This document shows positions 62,903 through 64,000 of a stretch of DNA of 64,000 nt, in pieces. The notes under the pieces were generated by a model. The model saw only the letters and a list, made by a program, of their open reading frames with translations, had not been told where the DNA came from and made no database searches. Position 1 is the first letter of the stretch, and every line of letters starts with the position of its first letter. The stretch is from Tricharina praecox (lineage: Eukaryota), in assembly GCF_024521635.1 (NCBI RefSeq), contig NW_026250440.1, forward strand, positions 62,001 through 126,000. Direction: 5' to 3'. A program made the translations under genes and the position numbers.

Positions 62903-64000
62903 GCACCACGAGGCCGGATGAAGCCGGAGTACTGTATTCAGTTAAGGGGATTGGGTGGTGGCGGGAGTGGTGGAAGGTGGTTGTATGTACACTACATACA
63001 GTATATATGCGGAGTACTTATCGCACCGTGCTCCTCCCGTCGTGCTCTGTTCTTTATATTTCGCATGTCTAGTCGAGACCCTCGGAATGTGATGCATCCA
63101 TCCACTGAGCGTAGCTGCGTAGTTTCTGCCAAATATCGAAACCACAAACAATCGAGATCCACGCGAGTGAACGACCATGAAGATCGCTCAACGTAGCTTT
63201 GTGACGATTCATCTGTGTGTTAAATAGAGTGCCGTAGTGGTTGAAGTCAAGTGAAGGTCTCTCTCCACCGTAATGGGCAGTTAGGTAGGTAGTATGCACT
63301 GAACATGTCAGCCACAGCACACCTCTCAGTGACCTCTGACTTGACCATCTTCCTTCATCCCTCGCAAATAGCCAGGGCGACAACGAAAGACGTAGACCGT
63401 AGACGTAGTTTTTGTTCGCATCAACTGGAGGCAGTGCAATACCAGTGGCACAGTGGGAGTCGACATGCGCAAGCACAGCGGCCAGCTCCCGGACTTCAAA
63501 AATAAGATTAATATTAGAACCGATATATAATCGGATTTCAGATATTAAACTGAAAAGAACAGATACTACACTTGATCTAAGCCAAAAGGCTGTAGAAGGG
63601 GGACTGTTAGCAAGATATTCGATGCTGAATGTTGGGGGATGGGGGAGACGTACCAAAGAGAGCTAAAGAGAAAAGAAGAGGAGAGGGGGAAACGGGGCGT
63701 TATATAGTTGTTGGAGGGGCACTAGCCTCGTCGGTGTGTGGCTGCTGCTTCATAGGTCTTAGGGCTAAGGGCTGTGCTTTGGTTTCGCCGTTCGGTATTT
63801 GGCTGTTCGCGATCGTAATGTGATCTTCTGGCTGTCTTTCGGTCCCGCCGATCTCGCCTCGTGCACTGTCAAAGGGGTCCTTTGGTTTTTCTGTTTCTGT
63901 TTCAACATGATGCGTTCGACCTATGCGCTATACATACCTTACTTCCTCTGTAGATCACTGCATACAGTACGCATTTTGTTCACTCTGGACCTGAGTTCGG

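Overview
Eukaryotic DNA from a filamentous ascomycete, judged from short 50-60 nt spliceosomal introns with GTRNGT donors, CTRAC branch sites and YAG acceptors; a Pezizomycete-like lineage is only a guess. The window has two compartments. (1) About 1-29.9 kb is gene-sparse and repeat-rich. Besides MTQ2 at the left edge it holds three secreted-protein genes (class I hydrophobin, M36 fungalysin, S8 subtilisin), a 2.75-kb TIR-bounded non-autonomous DNA transposon, LTR/MITE-like relics and a duplicated hairpin array. (2) About 30-58.6 kb is a dense housekeeping block: RPC40, an M16 peptidase, Rab11/YPT31, a P450, BET4, DAM1, POP7, DSC3, ATP5, SEC27, RIX1, CAR2, RRN3. Near the right end is a five-exon secreted protein with PHM-type copper-monooxygenase ligand motifs and a His/Met-rich N-terminal arm. 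All gene models were spliced by hand from the sequence. No database searches were run, so family names rest on recognised motifs. Best leads: the secreted PHM-like copper protein (61.4-62.9 kb), the covarying multi-hairpin array under a TATA promoter (9.7-10.5 kb), the CCC..GGG TIR element with decayed coiled-coil cargo (20.5-23.3 kb), and an in-frame signal-peptide-like extension on the M16 peptidase.
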